DNA of 62,749 nt, filler included, from an uncultured virus (IMG/VR IMGVR_UViG_2061766007_002204) (lineage: Duplodnaviria; Heunggongvirae; Uroviricota; Caudoviricetes). It is 9 parts of one record of this genome, joined end to end, with 100 filler letters (N's around TTAATTAATTAA, not from the genome) between each part and the next. Parts side by side here need not be neighbours in the genome. Positions count along the whole stretch, not along the records: positions 25,075 to 40,039 come from IMGVR_UViG_2061766007_002204; positions 40,140 to 43,387 come from IMGVR_UViG_2061766007_002204; positions 43,488 to 44,770 come from IMGVR_UViG_2061766007_002204; 6 more parts are not named here. The stretch is one strand, 5' to 3'. Made by a program: the position numbers and the translations under genes. Of the stretch, positions 36,037-44,870 are shown one piece after another. Positions within the stretch are counted from its first letter, which is position 1, and each line of letters begins with the position of its first letter. The notes under the pieces are model-generated. The model saw only the letters and a program-made list of their open reading frames with translations, was not told where the DNA came from and did no database searches.

Positions 36037-36427
36037 ATGAAAGCAACTGATTTAATGGTCGGCGACCTTGTGTTGCTGTTCGGCGAAACCCCGGCGAGGG
36101 TTGACGCTATCGGAGATTTCGAGGTGTATGTCTATGAGGAGAAACGGGGCGAAGACTGGCAAGTAGGCTACGAGCACATCAAGCCCATTCCCCTCACCGC
36201 NNNNNNNNNNNNNNNNNNNNNNNNNNNNNNNNNNNNNNNGAAGCAAGAAATCCCTCCAGCTCATCGGAGACGGACTCTATGTCAGCTGGTGGAATGACCG
36301 CATAGTCATCCGCTACAAGCGGGTTCTCGGTCATCCGTCTGCCTACCTCAACTGCGATTGCAGATATGTCCACGAACTCCAGCACGCCCTCCGGCTCGCT
36401 GGCGTTGAAAAGGAGATTGAGTTATGA
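36037..36427 (+). CDS. Hypothetical protein
   Basis: MKATDLMVGD...IKPIPLT...YVHELQHALRL. Confidence 0.6.
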
Positions 36428-36958
36428 AGAAGATAATGTTCAACGACAAGTTCGGCCTCACGNNNNNNNNNNNNNNNNNNNNNNNNNNTGACGCGGAGGA
36501 TTGTTCCAGAGAAACAGTTGTACTATATCCGTAGGCACTTTCGTGGCCTTGCGGTTATGGAAGCACCGTTCAAGTACGACGAGGTCGTGGCCGTGGCGCA
36601 GAACTACGAGGATGCTGGTATTGACGCCGCAACATTATTGTCTGTAAACAGGAAATGGGTTACTGCTTGTGGTACTCCAGGTTGGAGAAACAAGATGTTT
36701 GTGTCGGCTGATTATATGAATAATTTCATCCGCATCACGAATGTCCGTGTCGAGCGGTTGCAGGACATCAGCGACGAGGATTGCTTAAAGGAGGGCATCA
36801 CGAAACCCACCTTCGATACCTTCACTTTCGATGGATGGAAATACTTTGCATACAATCCCCGTGAGGCATTCGCCGCCCTCATCGCCAAGGTGTCCGGCAA
36901 GGGTGTATGGGATAGCAATCCATTCGTGTTTGTTTATGAATTTGAACTTGTGAAATAG
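36424..36958 (+). CDS. ASCH/PUA-like domain protein
   Basis: MKKIMFND...TRR...ITNVRVERLQDISDEDCLKEG...NPFVFVYEF. Confidence 0.75.
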
Positions 36959-36959
36959 T

Positions 36960-37538
36960 ATGGAAACCAACATCGACTACAAAGCATTGTACGAAGAAGC
37001 CCGTGAGAGGGCGAAGCAGGTCAAGTTGACCGACACGAAGGAAAATGTTGCGGCGGCGGAGTACNNNNNNNNNNNNNNNNNNNNNNNNNNNNNNNNNNNN
37101 NNNNNNNNNNNNAGAAGGTCGTTGGGAAGACTTTTGCATGACGGAAAAAGCCATTTTCTACCTCGAAAAGCAGAAAGAGCAGAATGAAATTACAATAGAA
37201 CAAGTTTACGAAGAGTTTATAAATCCTGAAAAACTAAAAGATGCAAAAACAAACAAGTATATAAGGGCACAACTTCTTTGGGAACTTATGCATAATGGCA
37301 TAATCACTGAGGTTGATTATCAGTATTTAATAGATGATAAACGTAAACCTTGGACAGCAGAAGAGTATCGTATTGCATACCAAAAAGGCTTTGATGTGTC
37401 TGAGCAGCTAAAGCAGAAGCCCGCTTGGAGCGAGGAGGATGAAAAGATGATTGATACAATCGTCTCTGTTCTTGGTCAGTATATAGACTATAAAGCAGTA
37501 TCTGGTACTGGTTCTGGATATGGAACACCAAGGTATAG
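36960..37538 (+). CDS. Mosaic hypothetical protein (end in gap)
   Basis: DYKALYEEARERA...YLEKQKEQ...KPAWSEEDEKM. Confidence 0.6.
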
Positions 37539-37704
37539 NNNNNNNNNNNNNNNNNNNNNNNNNNNNNNNNNNNNNNNNNNNNNNNNATACGACAGTTAGT
37601 TGCACTTCTCAAGTCCTCAAGGGAAAAATGCATGGCTGCATTCTACAAGGACATAGATGAATGTATTAATAACCTATCTACTTTCGGCCCTAAATGAATG
37701 AAAT

Positions 37705-37857
37705 ATGAAAGAGAATGTTGCGACATTTAAAACTGAATACCTAACCGTTAATTTAGGTATTGATGCCAACGAAATACTTGAATTCGTGCGGGAGTTAATA
37801 AGACAACTTTCGGCCCAAATAAAAAGAGAGGCACAGGCCGAAACCTGTGCGTCATAA
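37705..37857 (+). CDS. 50-aa hypothetical protein
   Basis: ATG supplied by the repeat; MKENVATFKTEYLTV...AETCAS. Confidence 0.5.
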   Translation: MKENVATFKTEYLTVNLGIDANEILEFVRELIRQLSAQIKREAQAETCAS

Positions 37858-37900
37858 AAACAAACTCTTGGATTGCAGTCCCGTAGGGAATTGTTTTCAA
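37818..37900 (-). ncRNA. Putative ~80-nt antisense small RNA
   Basis: TATCTTTG promoter at 37904-37911, 5' hairpin CTCTTG..CAAGAG, terminator GCACAGGT-TTCG-GCCTGTGC plus T-rich tail. Confidence 0.55.
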
Positions 37901-37902
37901 GA

Positions 37903-37922
37903 GCAAAGATACAAAAAATATT
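37903..37922 (-). promoter_or_regulatory. Reverse-facing promoter AATATTTTTTGTATCTTTGC (copy 1)
   Basis: TAnnTTTG consensus; identical 20-mer at 39833-39852. Confidence 0.7.
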
Positions 37923-37948
37923 AGAATAACCCATCAATTTTCAGCTCT

Positions 37949-38149
37949 ATGAAACTCTTTAAAGAGATACCAAAAGACAACGGCGTTGGAACGATTCTTC
38001 AAGATGTAAGCGAAGATGAACTCCGCGCGGAAAGTCAAAAGCATATTGATGGCAAACCACATACGCACATCTTCGGGCCGGACAAATATGCCGCCAGCGG
38101 ATGGTACGAAAGGAAGTGCGTCATTTGCGGATATATTGATTACATCTAA
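37949..38149 (+). CDS. 66-aa hypothetical, possible Zn-binding
   Basis: HTH...CVICG; flanked by boundary repeats. Confidence 0.6.
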   Translation: MKLFKEIPKDNGVGTILQDVSEDELRAESQKHIDGKPHTHIFGPDKYAASGWYERKCVICGYIDYI

Positions 38150-38353
38150 CTAATCTACTTTCGGCCCTAAATCACTGACTTATGAAAGAGATTGAATTCT
38201 AACAAGCGAATGATGAAATCCGGGAGGGTTGTAGCCNNNNNNNNNNNNNNNNNNNNNNNNNNNNNNNNNNNNNNNNNNNNNNNNNNNNNNNNNNNNNNNN
38301 NNNNNNNNNNNNNNNNNNNNNNNNNTCGTAACTTGTAAGAAAAAGAAGTACTT

Positions 38354-39121
38354 ATGGAAATGATTAAAAAGATTAAAGCAGAGATTGGAAAACGGATAGA
38401 ACTCCACGATTCGTTGGCATCTAATACCGAAAGCGAGATGATTGCGAATCTTGAAATAGGAGCCGCACAAGCACTCGATGACCTCCTTTCCTTCATCTCC
38501 ACCCTTGAATCTGAAAAGCCGATGATGCAAGATGGATTGGAGGAAGAAATCAAGCGGTACTACAACGATATGGACGGGGATTGTCGCTATGCACAAACCG
38601 CCCGCCACTTCGCCAAATGGGGAGCAGAACACGCAAAAAATGATTGAGATATGAAATGTATTCGTAAAGAAACCGATGATGGAAGTTGGCACGACATTAC
38701 GACCGAGTTGCCAAATATGACTGCCGATGTAGAAGTGAAGAAAGCAGACGGCACTATTGAGTATGCGGAAATTGTGGTTGAAATGGCGGGCTGNNNNNNN
38801 NNNNNNNNNNNNNNNNNNNNNNNNNNNNTTGGAGATACAGGTGACAAAAGTGAAAATCATCATCGTAAAGGAGGACTGATTATGGAACACAAGCACGGAA
38901 TTAACATTCAGTACATTGACACGAAACACGCAAGCGAATGTTGCACGATAACTATCGCAAGCGGTATTCGGACACGGAATCTTCGGGACATCACGAAAGC
39001 GGTGGCAAGAACGATTGACACGATGGGCTATTACCGAGAGCATCAAGGGGAGAAGGATTGTAGGTGGAAGGAAAGAAACGGCAATAGAACAATTATCGTA
39101 ACCACCTACCGAGAGGAATAA
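38354..39121 (+). CDS. Three small ORFs (38354-38647, 38651-~38880, 38882-39121)
   Basis: Closely spaced ATG ORFs. Confidence 0.55.
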
Positions 39122-39141
39122 CCCATCTACTATTGACTGAT

Positions 39142-39426
39142 ATGGGAAAGAAAAGAACAATCGCCGTAACTCCCGTGGGAGATATGATTTTGGCGAAACT
39201 GAAAGAGAAAGGAATCACGCAACAAGAACTCTCCGAATTGACGGGAGTTCAACCGCCAACGATTTCGGATATACTTGGAGGACGGCGGGCAATAACCCCG
39301 GAGGCGTGTGTGTCTATCGCAATCGTCCTCGGTATGGATGCAATAGAACTTGGTCGGGCGCAATCCGACTATGAGATTATGCAAGTATTGAATCCGATTC
39401 TCAAAAAGATACAGAATCGGCCCTAA
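39142..39426 (+). CDS. XRE/HigA-like HTH regulator
   Basis: PVGDMILAKLKEKGITQQELSELTGVQPPTISDILGGRRAITPE...AQSDYE. Confidence 0.85.
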   Translation: MGKKRTIAVTPVGDMILAKLKEKGITQQELSELTGVQPPTISDILGGRRAITPEACVSIAIVLGMDAIELGRAQSDYEIMQVLNPILKKIQNRP

Positions 39427-39437
39427 TTAAATGACTT

Positions 39438-39737
39438 ATGGATTCAACTGAAATGATTGCCTTATGGCACGAAAAGAAGGAAATTCTCAAAGAAAAGGAT
39501 TTCCGTGGTGACCCGTGGCGACTTGCAAGAGAGGCGTTCTATATGGGTATGTCTTGTGGTTTCGGATATTGCAAGGAGCAGTATGTTGATATTGGCCGTG
39601 CATCCGTAATCGAAGGCGAGTATGGAAACGAGGTTTTCTTTGATGATTTCAAGAAAATCCTCGGCAACACCTTCACCGTTGGGGATAGGTTAGAGATTAA
39701 AGCAATTAAACATATTCCCTTCAAGGTTGAAGAATAA
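39438..39737 (+). CDS. Hypothetical protein
   Basis: 99 aa, start and stop both within boundary repeats. Confidence 0.65.
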   Translation: MDSTEMIALWHEKKEILKEKDFRGDPWRLAREAFYMGMSCGFGYCKEQYVDIGRASVIEGEYGNEVFFDDFKKILGNTFTVGDRLEIKAIKHIPFKVEE

Positions 39738-39832
39738 CTCATAGACTTTCGGCCCTAATTGATTGACANNNNNNNNNNNNNNNNNNNNNNNNNNNNNNNN
39801 NNNNNNNNNGGACCCTAAGTGAGTTAGTCAAT

Positions 39833-39852
39833 GCAAAGATACAAAAAATATT
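39833..39852 (-). promoter_or_regulatory. Reverse-facing promoter (copy 2)
   Basis: Identical to 37903-37922. Confidence 0.7.
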
Positions 39853-39857
39853 GAGAT

Positions 39858-39980
39858 ATGAACATTAACACTATTCTCGGATTAGTCGCCTGCGCTTTTG
39901 CGATTGCTTGCGTCACCTTCTTTGTGGGATTCCTATCTGGATTATCCGTCAAGGACGAGTTAGACAAACGCAACAAATGA
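39858..39980 (+). CDS. 40-aa single-TM peptide
   Basis: MNINTILGLVACAFAIACVTFFVGFLSGLSVKDELDKRNK. Confidence 0.55.
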   Translation: MNINTILGLVACAFAIACVTFFVGFLSGLSVKDELDKRNK

Positions 39981-40275
39981 CAAACGGGTGCGGAAAAGCC
40001 CACCGTGAGGCTGGCAGGGTTCATGGTCAATATTCATCANNNNNNNNNNNNNNNNNNNNNNNNNNNNNNNNNNNNNNNNNNNNTTAATTAATTAANNNNN
40101 NNNNNNNNNNNNNNNNNNNNNNNNNNNNNNNNNNNNNNNCGGATGGATCGCGAGTGTGCTTTCTACATCGACCAGATGAATCACGCAAAGAACGGGATCC
40201 TCCGCAAGGCATTCGCCAATATGGTATGGATCTACCACCGCAGATGTGTATACTACCTCAAAAAATGTACTGAAT

Positions 40276-40555
40276 ATGGATTACGGTAATGTGTTCAAGA
40301 AACAGCGGGAGAAGCTGAAGCTCTCGCAGAGAGAAATGGCCAAGAAGCTCGGCTTGACACCGGCGGNNNNNNNNNNNNNNNNNNGTGCCAAAAGAAAGCA
40401 CAATCGTCAAATTGTGCTCTGTCGCATTCATTCCGTTGGCGTACTTCTACAAGGAGGCTACGACGCTGAGGGACTATGCGTACCCCGTATCCCTTGTTGG
40501 AAACGGATCAACGGCTATGTGCATCGATCCCGCGCTTCCAGGATCGGAAGAATAA
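40276..40555 (+). CDS. XRE family HTH regulator
   Basis: FKKQREKLKLSQREMAKKLGLT...PKESTIVKL. Confidence 0.8.
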
Positions 40556-40619
40556 TAGAGAAAGCCCGCCTGGAACCGCAAAACCAGACGGGCTTTTAAG
40601 CACCGACGCATCACTGCGG

Positions 40620-41024
40620 TCACTGGTGCCTGCAATGCGGACACGACATCTCGCATACGATGTCGGACACGCACCTTGAGATGTCACCGGCCAGGTAGGC
40701 GAAATCTTCGCCCCACGGCTCGATGCCGTCCGTATGAGCGATATCCTGCGTCACATGCACGATCTCGTGAATAGTCGTATCGAGGAACTCCGACGCGGTC
40801 GATGTCTTACCGACCCCGACGACAGTCCTCCGTATCCGAGGGTTGCTGAAGCAGAACCCCTCGTCAAGCCTTCCGGCACTCACATTCTCCGACACTTTGC
40901 GGACGATCGACTCCGGAGCGTCAGCCCAGAGCAGAGCGTCGAACACACGCTCTATGTCGTCCGTGCCGAACGAGAATAGGAAAAGGGTCTTCCATCGCCG
41001 GATATTGATCTCTCGGTCAAGCAT
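40620..41024 (-). CDS. HExxH metallopeptidase-like protein
   Basis: TTIHEIVHV...GEDFAYLAG. Confidence 0.65.
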   Translation of the reverse strand: MLDREINIRRWKTLFLFSFGTDDIERVFDALLWADAPESIVRKVSENVSAGRLDEGFCFSNPRIRRTVVGVGKTSTASEFLDTTIHEIVHVTQDIAHTDGIEPWGEDFAYLAGDISRCVSDIVCEMSCPHCRHQ

Positions 41025-41025
41025 A

Positions 41026-41381
41026 TCACATGACCTCTTCCCACAGCACTGGTATGCCCAGTGCCATTGTCTTCGCATAGAACTCGTCGAACGCCCTCGT
41101 GCTGCTCCCATCCGGATCGTCAAGGTAGTCCTTGACGAACTTTGCCAGATGGGCCTCGTCCGTGATCGACGATCCAAGATAGTCAGCCGTAGCCATACAC
41201 CAGACATACGGCCCNNNNNNNNNNNNNNNNNNNNNGCCGTTTGCCTTGATCTTCTCGTCGAAGATTTCCTTCCCGACGACCTTGATCTTCTCGTTGTTCC
41301 GTCCGGTCATCATACCGACGGCCCACTCGTACAACGGCTTGCTGAAATGCCTTCCGTGGTAACTCAAATACTCTCGCATCC
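41026..41381 (-). CDS. Conserved Bacteroidales phage protein
   Basis: YLSYHGRHFSKPLYEWAV...ADYLGSSITDEAHLAKFVKDYLDDPDG. Confidence 0.7.
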
Positions 41382-41746
41382 NNNNNNNNNNNNNNNNNNN
41401 NNNNNNNNNNNNNNNNNNNNNNNNNNNNNNNNNNNNNNNNNNNNNNNNNNNNNNNNNNNNNNNNNNNNNNNNNNNNNNNNNNNNNNNNNNNNNNNNNNNN
41501 NNNNNNNGACGACCGTACCGCTCGCCGAAATACCTCTCGCCGTAGCGGTCTTCCATCTCGCAGGCGAGGTCGTGCATCCGCTCGATGCTCTCGCGGGCCT
41601 TCTCCGCCGCANNNNNNNNNNATAGCATATAGTTCATCCCACCGCACCCTTTCCATAGGGCGTGACAACCAAATTCAAAGAACACACTTTCCTTCTAACC
41701 ATGAACGAGGACACGCCCTTTTTACTGAAACCAAACACGAATAGAT

Positions 41747-42016
41747 ATGATTAAGAATCCACACCTATCCCGCAGGTCGATCCGCTGGAAAAGCGTCACC
41801 AACAACGGAGACCCCTGCAAGTATTATGTCCACGAGATCATCGGCAAGCCTAAACAAGTCGGAGGACGAAGGGCCTTCGTCGTCATCTGCCGAATCCTCA
41901 CCGACTTGCCGCAAGGCTATGCCAATNNNNNNNNNNNNNNNNNNNNNNNNNNNNNNNNNNNNNNNNNNNNNNNNNNNNNACCGTGGAGTCGCACACCGCC
42001 GAATCGTGGCTCTTGA
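41747..42016 (+). CDS. Hypothetical protein
   Basis: A-rich start, C-ending codon usage. Confidence 0.5.
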   Translation: MIKNPHLSRRSIRWKSVTNNGDPCKYYVHEIIGKPKQVGGRRAFVVICRILTDLPQGYANXXXXXXXXXXXXXXXXXXPWSRTPPNRGS

Positions 42017-42068
42017 TAGGTAATGCCGTCGGAGCGCTGATGGGAAACAAAAACAACGACAAATAGGT

Positions 42069-42776
42069 ATGGCAAAGATAGCATTCGACATCAAGTACCG
42101 CCCGGAGATTGATGCGGGAAAATACAAAGTAAAAGTTGAAGAACACGAAGCAAGAATCGTGTGCTGGGACTACAATGGAGATAACCTCATTGTCTGTGTC
42201 AAAATTGACGGAGTTGAGCAAGGGCTTCTCTACGATACGGCTGGAAGGCACATGTCGAAACTCCCAGAACATGAGCCTGACCTTGAACTCTACACCGATG
42301 AGCCGGAGGAACTGACCGAGTTCGAGAAACGCCTCGCCGAAATACTCGACTATGCGATGGCGAATCCGGTCGACACTTCACCGCAGATAGCCGAGCAAGC
42401 AAAGAAACTCTCGCCGGAACTCCTTGGCATCGCTTACTACCAATTCGAGGAAAAGAGGGAAAAGGACGGCATCATTACAATCTCGGAAGATGTTCTCCAA
42501 AAGATGCTCGACGACAAGTACAAGGAAGGCTACGAGTGTTGCCAAGAACGCGACAAGGAACGAATCATCAAGGCTCATCTCGAAGGATTTGCCGAAGGAC
42601 AAGAACACGCCGACAAGAGGAACCGGGAGGCAAACTCGTTCCATTTCCCGATGTACGGCTCCTTCGTTCCCCCTTGCCATCTCGGAGCCCCATGCACCAA
42701 CCCGCATCACGACTGCATAAACTGCCCCCGCCAAGGAGCGACGGGACTTTATACCATCGACACTAATATCAAATAG
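42069..42776 (+). CDS. Hypothetical protein with Cys-rich tail
   Basis: 235 aa intact; PCH..PCTNPHHDCINCP. Confidence 0.7.
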   Translation: MAKIAFDIKYRPEIDAGKYKVKVEEHEARIVCWDYNGDNLIVCVKIDGVEQGLLYDTAGRHMSKLPEHEPDLELYTDEPEELTEFEKRLAEILDYAMANPVDTSPQIAEQAKKLSPELLGIAYYQFEEKREKDGIITISEDVLQKMLDDKYKEGYECCQERDKERIIKAHLEGFAEGQEHADKRNREANSFHFPMYGSFVPPCHLGAPCTNPHHDCINCPRQGATGLYTIDTNIK

Positions 42777-42778
42777 CC

Positions 42779-43387
42779 ATGAGCAAGAGAGCAGAAGAAG
42801 CCGCATTGGAGGCATACCCCCATTACACGGCAGAGAATATCACCGAAGTTACAAATGCGAGACACTTCTTTGAGAAAGGCTACGAAACCGCCGAGAAAGA
42901 AACGATAGAGAGGGCGGTTGCGTGGCTCGAAGAAAATGTTTGGGAACACACGGGCCTTGATCATACGGAGTTATCCGATGCGTTCCGTCAAGCGATGGGG
43001 CAAGAGCCGAAGAACTACCGTGTCCGCTTTGTGGACATGCAGGTCGGATTCTATCCGGCCATCACATGGCAAGACATCAAGAAGATCGTCGAGATCGCCG
43101 ACGACCTCGACCCGCTCTACAACCCCGACGCGCTGGACGCGGAACTCCAGACGGAGGAGGCCTTCTACAAAGAGGTTCTCAAGCGATTCGAGGAGGGCCG
43201 GAAATGAAAGCGATCAGAAGATATGACGGAAAGGTCATCGATGTCATCGAATTCAGTCCACGGGAATTCATCGAGACCGTAGACCAGACCGGCGATGGTC
43301 GGAAGATCTATCCGGAGGGTCAGGTCGTTCTCCTGGAGGATGTCGATTGGGATGCTTTCCGAAGGGAGGCGGCGAAGGACATCCTCG
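42779..43387 (+). CDS. Two hypothetical ORFs (42779-43207, 43204->gap)
   Basis: Coupled ORFs; second has DWDAFRREAAKDIL. Confidence 0.6.
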
Positions 43388-43487
43388 NNNNNNNNNNNNN
43401 NNNNNNNNNNNNNNNNNNNNNNNNNNNNNNNTTAATTAATTAANNNNNNNNNNNNNNNNNNNNNNNNNNNNNNNNNNNNNNNNNNNN

Positions 43488-43549
43488 CGAATCCGCCAAA
43501 GGACGGATAGGCGTTGCCCTCGGGGAGAATGATGGTTTTATCTTCTGCC
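43488..43549 (-). CDS. N-terminus of accessory-module protein
   Basis: MAEDKTIILPEGNAYPSFGGF; GATCTTTG promoter-like site upstream. Confidence 0.45.
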
Positions 43550-43663
43550 ATAGTTGAATAGATTTAAGTTGAACATCTGTAACCGGTACCGTTATATGGC
43601 AAAGATCGAGAAAAAACCCACCGCGATGAAGCGATGGGCGAAATAAAGTCAAGTGGCTGTCCA

Positions 43664-43925
43664 TCAGCGNNNNNNNNNNNNNNNNNNNATACAGCGTAAT
43701 GTTCCGGCGTGGCTTCTCGATCATCCGTCGCTTTATCACGCCGTGTACGGCATCGAGGCTCTTTCCGTAGTGGTCGGCTATTTCCTCTGCGGAAGCGAAG
43801 ACATCGAGGTTCTCGGATACGACCCGGTAGACGGAATCGATCTGCTCCTTCGTGCAGGTGTCGTTCTTCAACTTGGACCGGAGCAGATCCAGGATCTCCA
43901 GTATGAACTCCTTCTCGCCGGTCAT
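43664..43925 (-). CDS. Small HTH DNA-binding protein
   Basis: SAEEIADHYGKSLDAVHGVIKRR. Confidence 0.6.
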
Positions 43926-44320
43926 CTGAAGAACACTTTGTAGACGGACGCGAGGAAAAGGGCACACATCCCGGCGACCATATAGTTGAACGCATTCGCG
44001 AAGGTCTCGGAGAACGAGACCACATAGTAGTCCACCAGATTCACGGCCAGCGGGATCGCCGGAATCGCACACGCCGTCCTGTGCCATACGCACAGCCGGA
44101 GAAGCCTGGAGAGGACGAGAAACGCCACGATGCAGACCGGAGACACATAGATGAGCGAATCGACGGCCATCTGGAGGTCGTCTGACATATGCCCGTACAG
44201 AGCGAGTGCGACTATGTAGATCGGTGTGTACACGAACGGGAGGATCTGGACTGCCGTGGTCACATTACGCAAGGTCGAGACAAGCCTCCTAATGTCCGAC
44301 CGATACTCTTGCCCTTCCAC
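43922..44320 (-). CDS. Four-TM membrane protein
   Basis: 132 aa with four hydrophobic segments. Confidence 0.7.
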   Translation of the reverse strand: MEGQEYRSDIRRLVSTLRNVTTAVQILPFVYTPIYIVALALYGHMSDDLQMAVDSLIYVSPVCIVAFLVLSRLLRLCVWHRTACAIPAIPLAVNLVDYYVVSFSETFANAFNYMVAGMCALFLASVYKVFFR

Positions 44321-44587
44321 TCTTCGCCTTCTTCGGTCTAATCGTTACTTGTGCCTTGGTCTGGTACATCTTCTCTCCGCTCGGCTTTGCGTTCTTCTCG
44401 ATGGACAGCGGGACGCGGGCGAGGAGATTCCCTCCCTGCCCGGTCTTCTGCTTCACGGAGACTTTGACCTTCGCCTTCGACATCACTTACTCCTCACGGC
44501 ATAGATCCGTGGCATCTCGAGTTCCTCCGGCTTGATGTAAGCCTTGTTCGTGAACAGCATCATCGCTGTTATAATGATTTCCGCCAT
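44289..44587 (-). CDS. Two small ORFs (44289-44486 basic; 44483-44587)
   Basis: Coupled small ORFs. Confidence 0.4.
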
Positions 44588-44589
44588 AG

Positions 44590-44769
44590 TTAGAATGAAT
44601 ATCCGAATGTGACACCGGCACCGGCGTAGGGTTGCCAGCCCTTCGGAGTGATCCCCACTCCCAACTGCGGGCCAACGGTTATCGTCCAACGCTTCTGGTA
44701 CGGTATCGTGATGTATTTCTCGCTCTGCTTGATCCAGATGTCCACGAGCTCCGGCTGGAAGCCTCTGAT
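44590..44769 (-). CDS. DUF6808-like lysis-cassette protein, C-terminus
   Basis: IRGFQPELVDIW...KRWTITVGPQLGVGITPKGWQPYAGAGVTFGYSF*. Confidence 0.6.
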   Translation of the reverse strand: MRGFQPELVDIWIKQSEKYITIPYQKRWTITVGPQLGVGITPKGWQPYAGAGVTFGYSF

Positions 44770-44870
44770 CNNNNNNNNNNNNNNNNNNNNNNNNNNNNNN
44801 NNNNNNNNNNNNNNTTAATTAATTAANNNNNNNNNNNNNNNNNNNNNNNNNNNNNNNNNNNNNNNNNNNN

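Larger units (their letters stand above)
37667..39818 (+). repeat. Dispersed gene-boundary repeat, consensus ~GAATAACCCATCTACTTTCGGCCCTAAWTGANTGANNTATG
   Basis: Cores at 37681, 37807, 37938 (degenerate), 38158, 39116 (5' half), 39417 (3' half), 39746, 39811 (partial). Confidence 0.85.

Noticed and set aside
37667..39818. Boundary repeats read as a CRISPR array
   Set aside because: Spacing is irregular (about 65-970 bp), intervening sequences are mostly genes, and no cas genes are present.
41765..42127. Minus-strand ORF
   Set aside because: D/V/G-rich shadow of the plus-strand 41747 ORF, which has the better start context and codon usage.
44600..44690. Multi-hairpin RNA or ribozyme candidate
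   Set aside because: Lies within a convincing coding C-terminus (…GPQLGVGITPKGWQPYAGAGVTFGYSF*); no ribozyme core recognised.
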